Assembly: GCA_038496445.1 (NCBI GenBank)
Contig: JALMLS010000507.1
Span: 496,001 to 560,000, forward strand
Direction: 5' to 3'
DNA length: 64,000 nucleotides
DNA from: Trichosphaerium sp. ATCC 40318
Taxonomy: Eukaryota > Protista > Tubulinea
Shown one piece after another: positions 1 through 14,487 of the stretch; the stretch's first letter is position 1, and each line of letters begins with the position of its first letter. The notes below the pieces were generated by a model. The model ran no database searches, had not been told where the DNA came from, and was given only the letters and a program-made list of their open reading frames with translations. The position numbers were made by a program, and so were the translations under genes.

Positions 1-2960
1 TCTACCTGATACTTATGTAGTTAATGCTATTGCTGTTTCTTGGTCTTTTGATATTGTCTTTTTGGTACAACTTCATAGTGGCCTTGAATCAAGGAAAGCA
101 GAGATGAATAAAAGGTTAGATTGAAGCTTATGGTTTTTTTTTTTTAACTTATTTTTTCTTCAGATGGAAAGATGTCAGAGATATATTCGCTAATCCTAAT
201 ATCTGTAAAATATCATTTGGTATGAAGCCACAATTAAAAATATTGTTCTCCTACAATATAGAAGGTAACTGAGGCTTTAAAAACCTTTAAACAAAAATAG
301 TTGTTAAACGAATCTGTAGTGAAGAATCTATCCGACCCTAAAATTGCTGCGTGGATGATAGACTCTGATGTAAATAAAGACAATACATTGTCTCAGATGT
401 ATAAAACATACGTTAACAAAATACCAACAACAAATGTCGCAAAACAACACGAGTATTCAATTGTGAAGGTGCGCTACTCTGATCTTTTTTTGCTTTTTGG
501 TTTTACTTAATTTTTTACAAAGGCTATTGAGTCGTATGCTGTTATGGCTCATCTTGAGAAACGTTGGAATACTAAGGAAGAAGCTGAATTGTACAGAACC
601 ATCGAAATGCCTATTCTCGAAATATTGAGTAGAATGGAGTATTTAGGTATTGGCTTTGATGACAACAAATACACGACTATAAGACGTAACTTAGAGGTGA
701 CTTATTTGTTGGATAACATATTTTCTTGTTATTTTCTTACTTTTGATAGGCTAAAATTGCAAACTTGGAGCGTCGTGCATATGCTATAGCTGGTATGGAA
801 TTTAATATAGGGACACCTGATGACGTGAGGTATGGAGGAAAAAACTTCTTACTGGCTTGGCTCTGGAGGAGCCCAAATGCGACATGTTGTTTACTTTTTT
901 TATAGCTATGTTTTATGGGAAAAACTTGGTATTGAGTACCCAAAAGGTTACGTCAAACGGCCTCAGGCGAAGATGAGGTACATTTTTAGTAATTTTGTAG
1001 TGCCAAGTATGGCTTTCTGCGATGAATGCTTATTTATTTGTGTAGACGTGTTCAAAAGAGTACTAACAAGGAAGTACTGATGGCTATTCGTCATAAGAGT
1101 AAATTACCTAATATTATCCTTGAATGGCGTAAATTGAGTCATACTATTAATACATACATTGATTCTTTACCTAAATTTGCTTTCCCTCGCAGAGTAAGAA
1201 ACAACTCTTTTTTACTTTTTCTGAAACCAACTGTTTTTTTAACGTTGTTAGTCCATGCAAATGAAGAGAGTTTATTCTACGTGTTTACAAACTGCATGTC
1301 CTACTGGAAGACTAGCTTTTACAGATCCTAATCTCCAGGCACGTGTTATATTATTGAAGATTTCTTGTTGACATTCTTTAGTCAATTACTCATTCGTTTG
1401 ATTTTGTACCTGTTAAAGGAACAAAAACATCTCAATATTCATCATCTTCAAAGTCTCCTGATATGTTTCATTCACCAACAAATTCATCATCTCCTACATC
1501 TCCAGCGTTAACACCTCTGGGACCAGTGATAAGGATAAACATTCGTGATTCTTTTTGTAGCCAAAAGGTATTTTTTCTCTTTTTTCGCTTTTCTGAATCT
1601 TAAACTCAATGTCTCTGCGTGTTACGTTATTCTCATATTTTTACTAGGGTTTCCAACTTATATCCGCTGATTATTCACAGTTAGAATTTCGTATATTAGC
1701 TCACTATGCACAGTACGTAGATTGTTTTTTTAGGCTTTTTTTTCTTGTTTTGTGTAATGCAATACGTGTTAACTGGAGTACCAGAGATGAAAAATTGAAT
1801 AGTACTTTTCATACCAAGGATGACATTTTTAAGAACGTAGCCAGTATTTGGCTTAATAAAAACCCAAACACAATAACAAAGGTAACCGAAACAAAAAGCT
1901 TGAAATTTCCATACTTCTCCTTAACCAATCTTCTAAGGAGGAGCGTTCTCATTGTAAGCATATTGTATATGGTATCCTTTATGGCATGGGTATTGGTAAA
2001 CTTGCAAAGGATCTTAATACAACATACGATAATGCAAAGAAGCTCAAAAAAGAGTTTAAAGATAGATATCCAGGGTACATTTCAAACTAGAAAATTTCTT
2101 TTTAACATCTAATGTCTCGACTAGTGTTAAACGTTTTCTGCACCGCGTAATAACGGAGTGTAAAGATTGTGCATATGTAGAGACTCTTTTAGGACGCCGT
2201 AGATATCTAAGGAATATTTATGCGAGCAATGAGAGCGATAAACAGCAAGCTAAGCGTCAAGTATGTTCTCTTCTCATTTTTTCTTTTCTTTTTTTTCTTT
2301 CGGTGCTTGTTCGTTTATTTTTTGTTCAGGCTATCAATACTCTTTGTCAAGGATCTGCAGCTGATATTGTAAAGAAAGCTATGATCAATGTTATGAAACG
2401 ATTCAATGCGCTTAAACTGAAAACAAGGTTGTTATTACAGATCCATGATGAGCTTGTTTTTGAAGTACCTAATGAAGAGATGAGTATTGCTATCGTACGT
2501 TCCATTTTTACGAAGACTTTTGTTTTTCAACTCTAGCATTTAATCATACGCAAGCATATGATACGTCTTGTTCGTATTTGATCTTGTTGTTATGCCATAG
2601 ATATTTTGTAGAAAACTTCATTTTTGCTTTACACAATTGTTCTATGAAATGTAATGCATAAGTTGTTGGCATTCAGTACATTTCTTGTGTTTTGTTGGAC
2701 AATTGTGTAAAGTAATATGGATAGGAAGCAGCTATTTCTTGTGTTATTTCTCTATTTTCTTATCTCTCGTATCTTTTATGAATTTTTTTTTGTAGGTTGA
2801 AATTAAACGTGAAATGGAACGTGTTGTTTCGTTACGTGTTCCTTTACCTGTAAAAATAGAAACAGGTGTGTCTTGGGGTTCTCTAATTCCTACTGTTGTG
2901 GATACACCAGAGAATAGGTTATCACAGAGTCCTATAAAGCAGTTCTCAAAATGGATTTAA
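1..2960 (+). CDS. POLQ: Family A DNA polymerase, polymerase theta-type C-terminal region (5'-partial, multi-exon)
   Basis: Spliced exons give [32 protein letters not shown] plus an insertion loop, motif [15 protein letters not shown], motif [32 protein letters not shown] and motif [14 protein letters not shown]. Stop TAA at 2958-2960. Motifs A and B are closer to Pol theta than to Pol nu. Confidence 0.85.
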
Positions 2961-3566
2961 AAAAAACCTTCAAATCTTTGAACCAAAAAAAAACGTGTAT
3001 CATAAAAAAAAATATAACCATACAATAAACCACAATGTACATAACAACGAACTTTTTGTTTTGGAAAGTGTACGTGGCAACTGTTTGCAGATGTCGGCCG
3101 AAAAAAGACGAGAGACTGTCAAACGCTCCTGTTGAGGTTCGTATTTAACCAACGTACCGTGTGAACCGAGTTTTACATAACAATGCAAAGGGAACGACCA
3201 TTTTTGTCAAAAAAAAAAAAGTCGAACGAATTCCTTATTTGTAAACAACCGCAAATAACTAGTTTGGTGACTTATCTCTTAGTGTTAACATCTGGTACGT
3301 TGTTGCAGGTTCATTTTGTGTCAGAAGTTTCCAAACCTGACTATCGTGCGTAGAGGCTTCGAAAATTACTGTTAATATCTTGTTAGACGTATAATAGCTG
3401 TTTTAAGGAAAACAGTTAAAATAGAGTAGTTTACGTACTAACTTTGCTGATATTTAATTGCCTACGCCAATAGTGTATTTTAACAACATTGTCAGTACGT
3501 TAAAAAATTTTCGGCGCAAATAAGCTTTTTCTAACCCGTTTTAAGATAAACGCGTATTTACGAGGA

Positions 3567-6500
3567 ATGGCAAACAGAAACGCGTTTTCCTTCTGTACAG
3601 AACTAGATAGCGTAGTACCGACTCTATGGAACAATAAGAAGTTTCATAAGCTTACCGGGTTGGCTCTAGTAACACCAAGCCATGTTTTGGCGACATACAA
3701 TGAAACTGGATGTTATGTAATTTTCGACATCGAAACGAAAGAAGTACACCCTGTCACTATGCCTAATGGGTTTAAGAGTTTTACAAAACCTATATTTGTA
3801 GATAATTGTATATTCTCTGCACATGAAGGGTCTTATGATGGTGACTCTTATGGAGTTTATAGTATTAAAACAAAGGAAACAAGTTTCATAAAGTCGGAAA
3901 CACATAAGCCAACTCTTGGTGTTATATCTTCTAGTACGTGTTGTGTTGTTGTTACACAAGATTGTCTTTATACATACCATGTACGTTTGATCATACTTTA
4001 GTGTAAATTAACTGATCACGTGATTTTTTCTAGCTGCCAGATGAGATACCAAGTAAAATATACTCCCGGACATCTTCGTTTTTTGTTCCAACACCAAGCC
4101 TTTCTACAATTTCGTCAACATTTGTTCTAATAAGTTCTTACGACAGGTACTACTTTTTTCATCAAAATATGTCCATATATCCTGATACAAAAAAGTAGTT
4201 GAATTGTAAAGTGTTGTAATCAATTATTTTTTGAATTTTATTACCAGTTCGTCATGGGTGGTTTCTAATATTTTGCTACTCTTTAGGTTCCAGTTATTGA
4301 ATAGAAAGGGTGGTGACTTGATTCTAGAGTGCAAATTATCAAAAATTACTGGAGTGTATGTGTTGTAGTTGTTGGTTTGTTATTCTAACTACCTTTGTTT
4401 TTAGAAAAATGCCAGCCACTTTTTTGCACATTTTTCTTTCACTACCTTACATAATTGGAGTAACGTCAGGACACATCATAATTTGGAACTCCACATGCGT
4501 GGAAGGTACGTATTTTAAGATAAACAACAAAATAGAAACGAGCTGTTAATGACATTAAGAAAGATCACTTGTGTTCACTTACATTTTTGTAGTTCCGCCA
4601 ACTATTATAACACCTTCTTCATTGATCACAACTGGTCTTGTGTATAGTAAATCCAACGAAGTATTCCTATCCATAGGGTGTGTTAATGGCCAAATATACA
4701 TATACAATATTGGTTTGGGGACTTTAGTGCAAGTACGATTCCAATTACCCACGATTATAGGAAAAGAACATTTTGTTTCTTATCAATATAGGCTATACAC
4801 GATGTACCTAAAGGAATTGGCCAACCATTTGAAACAGCGGCACTATCTCGATTTATGCAACAGCTTCGAACCACAGCAGTTAAGGTAAAGAATAATACAA
4901 AGTTTGTGTTTTGCTTAGTACTTTTTAGGTTCTTGCAGAATATGGAGAATTCCTTTTAGGAACATCAGACCATGAACTCACTTTTTGGAGCCGTATTACA
5001 AACCAAAAAGGTAAGCTCACACATATATCTTACAAGTTGCAACAAAGCCATACGCCACTGAGCGGTGTAGAAATAGCGCAGCATGTGTTTGCTCTTTTTT
5101 TTTTGGAAACAGTCTAACGCTTTGATAAAAATAGAACCCCTTCGTTCCAAGATATTTAAAGATACAATCAAAGACATCGCTGTTGGAACTGATAATAATG
5201 TGATAACAGTATTACTATCCAAGAAAATAGTTCAACTTCAGGTCCCTGACAAGAAGCTCAAAGCTGCTCAGAGAAAGGTATATGCCCAAAAATGTTCCTT
5301 ACCTACTCAAGCACACTAGGAACTGACATCAAATTACCTACCAAGGCTAAAAGTAGACCTTAGAAACATTAAAGATCCTAGAACAAATTGTTCAAAAATC
5401 ACAGTTCTGAAGTACATGGTGTCGGTAAGGCAGACCCCATAATTTTCTTTTGTTGCTTGTATTTTCAACTAAACTTTTTTTATTAACAGCTCCTTGATTA
5501 CATCCATGGTGTAGCTGCAGGAAAAGTAAGCATAAAATCTCTTCTCTATATTCTGTATTCTATATTCTACTGCGATCTCATTGTTTTTTTAGATTGATGT
5601 TCAAGATGTTATGACTGTTCTTCGTCAATCGTCGCTCACAATACAATCTCTAAATATCCCATTAAATAATCCGCATGTCTTCAGTAGACTTGTTGATGTA
5701 CTTGGAGCATATGATACATTCTTAAGATCTCACAAAGATCAATTTTGGTCATACTGGACTAAAAAGAAACAAGCACGTGCTCAAATTGAGCATACAAATT
5801 CACGATTGACACGAGAAGTTGTTCGACTATCAAAAATTTATGGTAAAAAAGGATTTAGACAAGGGTATGTTATGAGTTCTCTTAGTTGTACTACGTAATT
5901 CTCTAACATTTTATAGTTCTGGTTACTCTATAATTGATTCACCTGAATACGATCCAACAGACGAGTCCTCAAAAGAATTGGGTGTTTTCTTGACCAAGTA
6001 TGTAAAGTTGCTTCGATTTCTCTGTACAATTGTTTGAGTTATTTACTATCAATTGGTATTATTTTTATCTTATCACGTGGCTAGGTTGGACGAACAAGAA
6101 AAGAACGAACAGTACTATGAATTATTCTGGGATTCAGAAGCTACAAAGTTCTGGAAGGACAACTTTAGTACCGTAAGTGAAGTTCATGTTACCCTTTTTT
6201 TTGTAAAGACTTCATTAGGTTGCACTTGCGCAATGGGATGTATTTATAGCTGTAAGTCGAAATTATCTACTTGTTTACTAACAGCACAAGGCACTTCAAA
6301 CGAATTTGGCAATAACTGAGCGAGATATAAAAAATCTCAAGCGCGTCCTTGGTATGTGTACAAAAAACAAAAAAATGCAAACAATTTCTTAACTCACAAT
6401 TTAATTAGATTACAACGACGCTGGATATGTATCTGCACATACGTTCGCTTCGTTCTTGGAAGGAAATGGACCATTTTCTGAGTGTATAGAAAAGGTAAGG

Positions 6501-8440
6501 CCACGTTTTAAACCTACATTTAAACTAAACCAAAAATAGATGAACTGTTATTGTACAAAGGCATGGTTCCAATGGTATGCCATAACTACACATAAGTTAT
6601 TCGCTATCTTACATGTTTTTAGGTACCTTGATCACGATGAATGCTGTTTTCTATTAGAAAAAAAGCCTGCTGGAACAGTCATAGCACGATTCAGCAAGTA
6701 ATCTAAAAGTTGTTTAACAATTCCTTAAAACTAACCATGTTTCGCTTAGATCTCAACCAGGAAATTTCGCTTTTGCTGTTAGAACTGATAAGGTAATATC
6801 TAAATAGTTAAATGATTCTGACATGGTATAGAGTGTTGAAAGGTGGCTTGTCAAGTCGTCAAATGGTAAACTAGTTTTTTTACTCATTTTTTATTTATTA
6901 AAATACTAGGAATGATGTGTGGTGATTTCAGGTCTCCTACTGTGCCAATGTTCCCAAGTCTGCAAGAATTTGTAAGCTATTGCCACAAGACTACATGCTT
7001 AGAACATCCTTTCGATGAAAAATGGCCTTCAGAGAGGTAAGCTGTCACACATTGTCAAGTTTCTAACATATGGTTTTTTAACAAGTTGGTTTACTGGTAC
7101 TCTTGACCAAGTAAGTGTATAATTCGTTGTCTAACAGTCTCACGTGGTTTTAGAATTTGACAAAAGAGCTTCTTTCAGAATCTCCAGAAGGCACTTTTCT
7201 GGCTAGGATAGGATCAAAAGGTTATTACTATGTACGCACTTACTTCTTTCTATTTTTTGCTTCTTTCTAACGAACAAAGTATTTCTTTATGGTTTGGTGT
7301 TAACTGGATTTTTTGATATTAGGTAATGGCATACAGAGAAGGAGATAACGTTCTTCAAGAACGTGTTTATCCAGAACCTGGAAAGTTCACTGTTAAAAAC
7401 TCAAAAGGTTTTAAGATATGTAAGTCGCACTGATTACTTCGTCCTCTACTATTACTTCTATGTGACTTTGTTTTTAAAGCTGTTATTAGATTTTGTACCA
7501 ACAATGAAAGAGTTTGTTGAGAGTAGAAAAGCACGTTATCGCATTCCTTTAGCTAGCTACCTAATAGAAAAGAAAAAAAAGCAAAGCTACATTCCACCTG
7601 ATGGTGATAAAGAAGAGTTACCATCATATGGTAAAATAGCAACTCGACCATTATTACATACAAATGAAGAGACAGATATAGTAAACAATGATAGAAATCC
7701 ACAGGAGTTTAATGATTTCTCATCAATAACAGTTAATAATAATAAAAAAGAAAGTTCATCAGATGACGTAGACGTCTCATCTCCAAAGGTACACAGATTA
7801 CTTCTTTGGACTTTTTTGCTTATGCGCACGATAACAGCACTGACTGATATCTTGTATACTTTGGGGTTATATAAAACCTCTTGTAGGGAACCCTACTTTC
7901 TATCTTCAACCTGTGACATCTAGATAGTCCTTATTTTTTGGATGGTAAGTCAAGTTGTAGAAAGTAACTTGCGGGATATCCAAATCCACAGCAGCAAGAC
8001 ACAGCTAGCATGAATTCATTGGGTAATGGTCTATGTAGTAAATAGTATTCTAGCGCTTGTAATAGATTTAGTGGCACCTTAGAACACCATCTACCAGATA
8101 GACCTACCCAATAAATTCTGTGAACAATCGGAGCTCTGTATTCTTAACAACTTGACTGTCATACCCTCTTTTTAAAGTATGTTTGCTTGTCATACTAACA
8201 CTCTTTTTGTAGATAAAGCCGATAAAGATTAAGAAACATTCAAGAAACAATTCTTTCCTTAGTTTTAGAAAAACTTCTCTTTCATCTCCAAAAAAATCAC
8301 GTGTTGTAGTAAAGCAAAAAAGAAAAGATAGCGAAGGAAGTGGAAAGTCAATAAAGAGTAATAATACTAAATCAAAGAAATCAAAGAGTAAAGAAAAGAA
8401 AAAATCTACAACAATGGAATTTGAGGATTACTCACTGTAA
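3567..8440 (+). CDS. Multi-exon signalling protein: N-terminal beta-propeller-like region, helical region, EF-hand-like segment, two SH2 domains, Lys/Ser-rich tail
   Basis: Exons give FLSIGCVNGQIYIYNI (WD40-like), KFWKDNF...LDYNDAGYVSAHTFASFL (EF-like), WFQWYLDHDECCFLLEKKPAGTVIARFSKSQPGNFAF (SH2) and WFTGTLDQNLTKELLSESPEGTFLARIGSKG (SH2). Stop TAA at 8438-8440. Some middle exon boundaries are uncertain. Confidence 0.7.
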
Positions 8441-8929
8441 AACAATAAAAAGAAAACATCTCAAACGTTTATCTCTTTTGTTGTATTTATACCTAATACA
8501 TTGCCCTGATGTCAAACCTCTCACTGTGTAGTTTTACATACAAGTTGTTACTGCATTAGTTCAACATTTATCATATTGGGTGCTTACCCTAGTGAGTTGC
8601 TAGATGATAGCTAAGAATCTTATATTGGCACGAATACCTGTACATGTTTGGAATAATAGAGCGCAAAGGTGGTATTGTTTGTATAATATTTACCAATGAA
8701 TAGTCCTTTGGATATAGTGGTGATGGTAAAAACAAGTTTTTTGCTATGGGAGGTGGGTACTAGATGCTGAGATGTAGCAAACGTATTTAATTTTTACTTT
8801 TATAAATTGGTGTTACAGCATTTCTAGAAAGGCGTGCATGTAAAAATTAGCCTTTTTTGTGAGCGAGAACGATGACACGAGAATCAACAAAAAAATTGAG
8901 TGAAATACAAACAGCAGTCTGGTTTTTTT

Positions 8930-11472
8930 TTATGGTCCTTGTGTTTCTTCATCAGAGTCATCATCAAGAGGAAGAATCTCAATATCATCATCTTCTTGAT
9001 TAACTATAATAGTATGTCCATACTCTCCGTTTGTGTCACCACCTTTTGAAGCACGTGCTACCGCCTCTTCAGCTCGCTTTAAAAGAAAAGTTAGAGATTT
9101 TTTGCCATTGTATTGTTTGATTTAAAACGCACTTTCTTCCAATCCATACGGAACACAAGTACAGAGAATATAATAAATACTCCCCAACTCGCAATAGTAA
9201 GACCTGTAAACATACCCAGGCTATCCATATGACCCAAAAATAGAAGCATAGCTGATATTGGTAAACCAACAAAAAAATATGAAGCCATGTTCGCAATTGC
9301 GCCAAGATGCTGTCTACCACAACCACGAATGACACCTTATAACAAAATATTAGACCCTCATCCGTTGTGCATTTAATAGCTATTTCTAAAGAGACAGCGT
9401 TGCCATAACGCTTACCTGAGATGACTCCTTGACCATGATCTGAAATTATAAATATTACTGTAATGAGAAGTGTTTTTGCTACTTCTTGCACAACAGGAGC
9501 ATCATCAGTATATACTTTAGGTATAACGTTTCTCAGTGATAAACACAAGAGTATAACTACAGCAACAAATACCATTGTGATACACAACGCATAGATTGCT
9601 GCATTTTTTGCCTTTTTAGGTTGATTTGCACCTATTTGTGAAAGTTATTTTTGCTCCTGATTCAAGTACTATCTATCATACCTAGTAAATTTCCCACGCG
9701 TGTATTAATACCAATGGAAATACCCAAAGGTAATTGATAGGCCAGTGAAAGTATATTAAGAACAATCTAAGAATCAGTAAGAACGCAAGTGTTGGTGTAA
9801 CTATAAAAAAAAAAAAACTACAAAGATAACATGCATTGAACGAAGCGAGCATATTTGTTCCTCCCCATCTACGATTTTTGTTAATGGTTATTTAATAAGT
9901 AGGTTAAATATGTATCCGTACCCAGCAAGCAAAGCACTTAATTCAAAAGCCCACCTAACAAAAAATATTAAAAAAAATGTTCAGCAGTGTTGATTGAAAA
10001 AAATCATGTGAGAAAAATTTGTTTTTTCTGCTGATAAAATGCTAGCTACATACCATTCGCCACAAGTCATAAAAGTACCAGCAATAGCAAGTTTTAAGAA
10101 TTGAGGTAAATCAGAAAATGCTTCTTTTGTAAATCCTCCCCATGTCATCTTGTGTAACCCTGTGATCAAAATATACGCTAAAAGAGCAATAACCGAAACA
10201 CCAAATCCAGCGCTCTGTGAAGAGAAAGTATAAGTACAAAGCAGTAGCTATACCTTAGCAAACATTATAGAATACTTGATTGATAGATCTATCAAGGTTT
10301 AAGGCGTTACGTACCATGCCAATAGGTGCTGCAATATAGCCGAATTTTAAAGGAAACATCATGGCATACGTGAATAAACCATGAAATAGAGCACCAACGC
10401 CACTTGCTATAGTCATAGGCCACACTATGTTTTGATTTTGTAGATATCTTCTTAGAGCTTCAAAAGTAGCGAAAGGAAGTAGACCTACAACAATTAAGAA
10501 GTGTTGTTTTAGTGTTTTTTTTTCCTTCTTTATTCATATTTTTCTTGATTTCGTTTGCTTATTTTCAAAAATTATACAACAACAAGTACCTAATATCATC
10601 CATGTTGTATATATCCCGGTATACCTGGCAACTACAGGGTCTTGTCCGATCAAAATTAAAAAACTTTCAGAAAAGCACCTTAGATATCAGTTAGTAAAAT
10701 ATAAAACTAAACTTTTACGATCAACAGTGTACACACTGTAATATTCACATACCACATACAAGCGCAGATAATACTATAAACATATACAACTATAATACCA
10801 CGCTGTAAAGTGACACCTATTGCCTTAAAGTTCTCTAAAGTTGCAAATCAGTCAACAAACCAATCAAAAAAAAAAAAAATTATAAAGAGGAGACTCACTC
10901 GCGCCAAACTGCTGAGAACAAAGTGTATCCATAGCACTTAATAATCCTATAATTACAGAAAACCCAGTAACATTACACCACATGCTGAAGAGGTGTCAGT
11001 TCAGAGATTTCTGAAACAGCGTATAAAACAATCTACGTACACTGACAAGCCTACTGCGGCTAACATGGAGGGTTCTTTGGTAGTTGTGGTGCCGTTTACG
11101 CTTATACTACTATTTGAAGCTATAGGCGGTTCATTTTGTGTGTAACCGTTCTCAGCTTCATCTAAATGACCCACTAGTATCACATTTACTACTCCCATTA
11201 TCATCATAAAGAAAAAAGCCAGCGTTATTGGTCCAGCGAGCCTAAAAGTATCAGAATATATTTCTATGAGCGTATATAGCGTTAAAACAAGCGTACTTTA
11301 CGAGTAGAATTACTTCTGAGTATAACTCGCCCAAAGACATTGACAACGAGCAACAACCTTTACCGCTCTCGCTTGAGATAGTTTCATCGTCTTTAGGCTC
11401 AAAATTATCAAGCTCAACATTGTCTTCGTTTAGAAGGCCAACACCTGCTTCCTCGGTAGGGTTCGACGCCAT
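8930..11472 (-). CDS. MATE family (multidrug and toxic compound extrusion) transporter
   Basis: LAAVGLS, GLLSAMDTLCSQQFGA, LKLAIAGTFMTCGEW, TRVGNLLGANQPKKAK, DHGQGVISG and ANMASYFFVGLPIS are eukaryotic MATE motifs, with many hydrophobic segments. Confidence 0.93.
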
Positions 11473-12448
11473 TTATGACGTTTGTAATCTCAAGTTTATT
11501 ATTTAGTGAAGGATTTCAATAAATTTCTTGAGTCAGCACATGAATTCACAGATGGAGAGACTTTATTTGCCCGCATTTTTTATGTTCTGATTTATTGGAC
11601 TTATATGCCTATATTTTGTATATTGGAGTTGAATTCACACATGGATCAGTTTTGTCGATACAAAACGTGACATGTTTCTATTTTTTTTTTTAACTGAGCG
11701 TAAGTTTATAGCATAACAGATGAAAAAGCCTTTGCCAGTTTGGCTTGTTCTAGTACTACGAAGCAAATTGGTACATTGTTAAACCATCATTTAAAACAAA
11801 TAAAACTCTTTAACCTGTTGTTGTACTGCACGTACTTATAGTTCCGCCAACAGCTATAAACTATGATGCACGTGCTCAGTGCAAAGGAACTAGTGGCGAA
11901 AGAAAGATCCTAACACCGGTTTTGTGGACGTAATCTATGTCCAAAATGCGTATGTCAGCAAATTGTACAATTTCTTTGCCAGAAAGCAATTCGGATAGAT
12001 TGCAATACAATTGCTCTACGTTCTTTTCCCTATTGCAACGAATTCGGCGATATTTATAACTCTTGACTACGAGGAGCTTAGTTTCTTGCCTTAAATGGGC
12101 GATACCTTTTATGGCTTTTTTGGCAATGTTAATAAATATTAAAATGAAAAAGTAAACACATATCGAAAAGTCTGACAAAATTCACTGGAAACACACATTA
12201 AACATTTATTAAATACTTGTTTTCGCTGCACTATTCGTACTTGCTAGCGCCTTTGGTCCAGCCGCATTAGAGGAGTAAGGACCGACAAAGTGTTTCTGTT
12301 GCTAACAAATTGTATCTAGATACTCTTGGCTTGGAACGTGATATTCATTGTTTTAAAAAAGGGTTTATTTACAATAGTTATTGAGGAACTACGGCTACTG
12401 TCCATATAAAGATATGTGAGTATTTGTTTCCGTCTCACTATAAAACTT

Positions 12449-13905
12449 TTATCTTAAACCAGTGGTCATTGGAATCGTCGGTTGCACATCTGATTCAGCA
12501 CATATGACTGTCAAAAGATTTGTAACCTAAGTTTTGAACAAACGTCAGTACACACAAAAAAAAACTAGTAATTAAGCCGTACAAGACGAGTCTTTTCTTC
12601 AGGTTGAAGTGTGACACCACGCTGTTCAAGTTGTTCCATAGCTGAATAAGCTATATCTACAGCACCAGATACAATAGCTAAATAGTTTATTAGTTCAACA
12701 ACGAAAATAGCTTCGTCCTCGTACTCTTTCTGGCGTCTACAAGAGCCTTTGCTTGTTGTCTCTTTAACATACCAGAAGCGATTTCAGGGGCATAACTGAG
12801 TTCATTAAACTGGAAAGATAGTACCTTGATGTAGAAGTTAGAAGATGTCTGGTGAACAAGATGGTCATTTAAGCTTCCAAAAAAAAAAACATCAAAAAAA
12901 CCTCAAACTTACACGTGCTCCAGCGATATCTACACGCTTTTGAAGAAGATCTGTAAACTCATCCTGTATTTCTCTGGCTTCTGTTTTTAAACAAGGCTCA
13001 TGATCTGCATCATCGCTATTGTGATAACACTTAGAAGAGGAAACAACAAACTTTGCAACAACTATCCACAAAGTACGTACTCGTCGCCAAAATCTGCCTC
13101 ATATGGGTATCTTGATACGAGTTGTTTCATTGTTACTTGAGCTTGGTCGTTTACGAACTACAAGAAAAAATGAAGTCAGAATAATGCTATAAAGCATTGA
13201 AACAGGTCTTCTACGCACTTGAATGTAGTTTCCGATATCAATAGCTGCTTTTTTGGAGTCTTCAAAGTAATACGTTACAATACCGGATACAACGACTAGA
13301 AATAGTGTTATAGAGTATTTTTATAGCGTTTTCGATATAAATTTAGAGTATTTAACGTACCTGGGTTTCCGTTTCTATCGATGACTTTAGTTGGTGGTAT
13401 TTCGCTTGTCAATGTCGCTGTTGATATTCTGCGAAGCTCACGACCAAAACAGTTTCTGTAAAAAAGGATGGTCACAAAAACATGTCGCTACCAGTGTAAC
13501 TATACCTAAAGTGACATCCTGGAGTGTCTTCCGTGCCTACGTATTTACCATAGCTCAATACAACTACTTCTTCGCGCTCCTACACGTTACCGTTAGTCAG
13601 TTGCGCTTATACACTCCTAATGCGAGTAGTTGGACACTTGCATACCTGAACAGAGAACCAACTGCATGCGATGGTGAGCGGAAATAACACTGCGCCTGTT
13701 TGAAGAGCGTTAGACGTAATAGCAGTGTTTTTGCTCGTACCGATTATGTTAGCTGTTAACGAGCTGCCTTCGCGTGTTTCTCGTCTATACGATCTCTATA
13801 CTATCATTAACAACTTGTTGTGTTATAGTATTATGTACTAACATTTTTATCGTGTGTGAGAGGTATTTCAAATTGATCATCTCCTTTTCTACTTCGTACG
13901 CTCAT
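12449..13905 (-). CDS. SPFH/Band 7 domain membrane protein
   Basis: Spliced model: hydrophobic segment, WFSVQEREEVVVLSYGKY, KVIDRNGNPVVVSGIVTY, DQAQVTMKQLVSRYPYE, ELSYAPEIASGMLKRQQAKALVDARK, IVSGAVDIA and RLVTNLLTVIC. The ORF track misses it because the exons are short. Confidence 0.85.
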
Positions 13906-14487
13906 TGTTGTTTTTTGTATGTATGTTTTTACAATTTGTTTATTGACTTATTAACTTAAACTCAACGTTTTTGAGAATAAGGTAGAGTTTCGATAAGGAT
14001 TCGGGTACGTTTTACTTACCGTGCAACCAGTGTATAATGAAATCTACTAGTAGCACGTGACTTAGTGTTGTATCCATCGTTTTCGGATCCATCATGAACG
14101 ATTACCCGAACCTCTTCAACTTGTGCTAATTAACAGAATCCCAAATTTGTTGTCTAAATCCTGAGAAAGTGCGTTCCTCCCACAGTCAACTGAGACTCAA
14201 CCTCTGTTCATGGATCAGTTTTCGCAATAAAATCAATACAGCGGTAGTGACACCAAGGGTTTAGACAACTAGATTAGCTTGGAATCCACGTGAATAGACG
14301 CAAAAGCGATCACTAGTAGCAAAGTCAACCAATTTCTGACGCTATTTCGTGCTTTTCTCCGCATTTTGTTTGCAAAGCAGTATTTGGTACGTCGTACGCG
14401 CAAAGTTTGCTTTTTTAGCAGTTTGATTGTACTAAACGGATTCGTTAAGGTAACTGACAAAAATCGTTTTTATAGTGTGCAGACGCC

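Noticed and set aside
11876-12178. 100-aa ORF between the MATE and SPFH genes (likewise ORFs at 42399-43054)
   Set aside because: Non-ATG starts, no recognisable motifs and no consistent exon chain; cannot be supported as genes.
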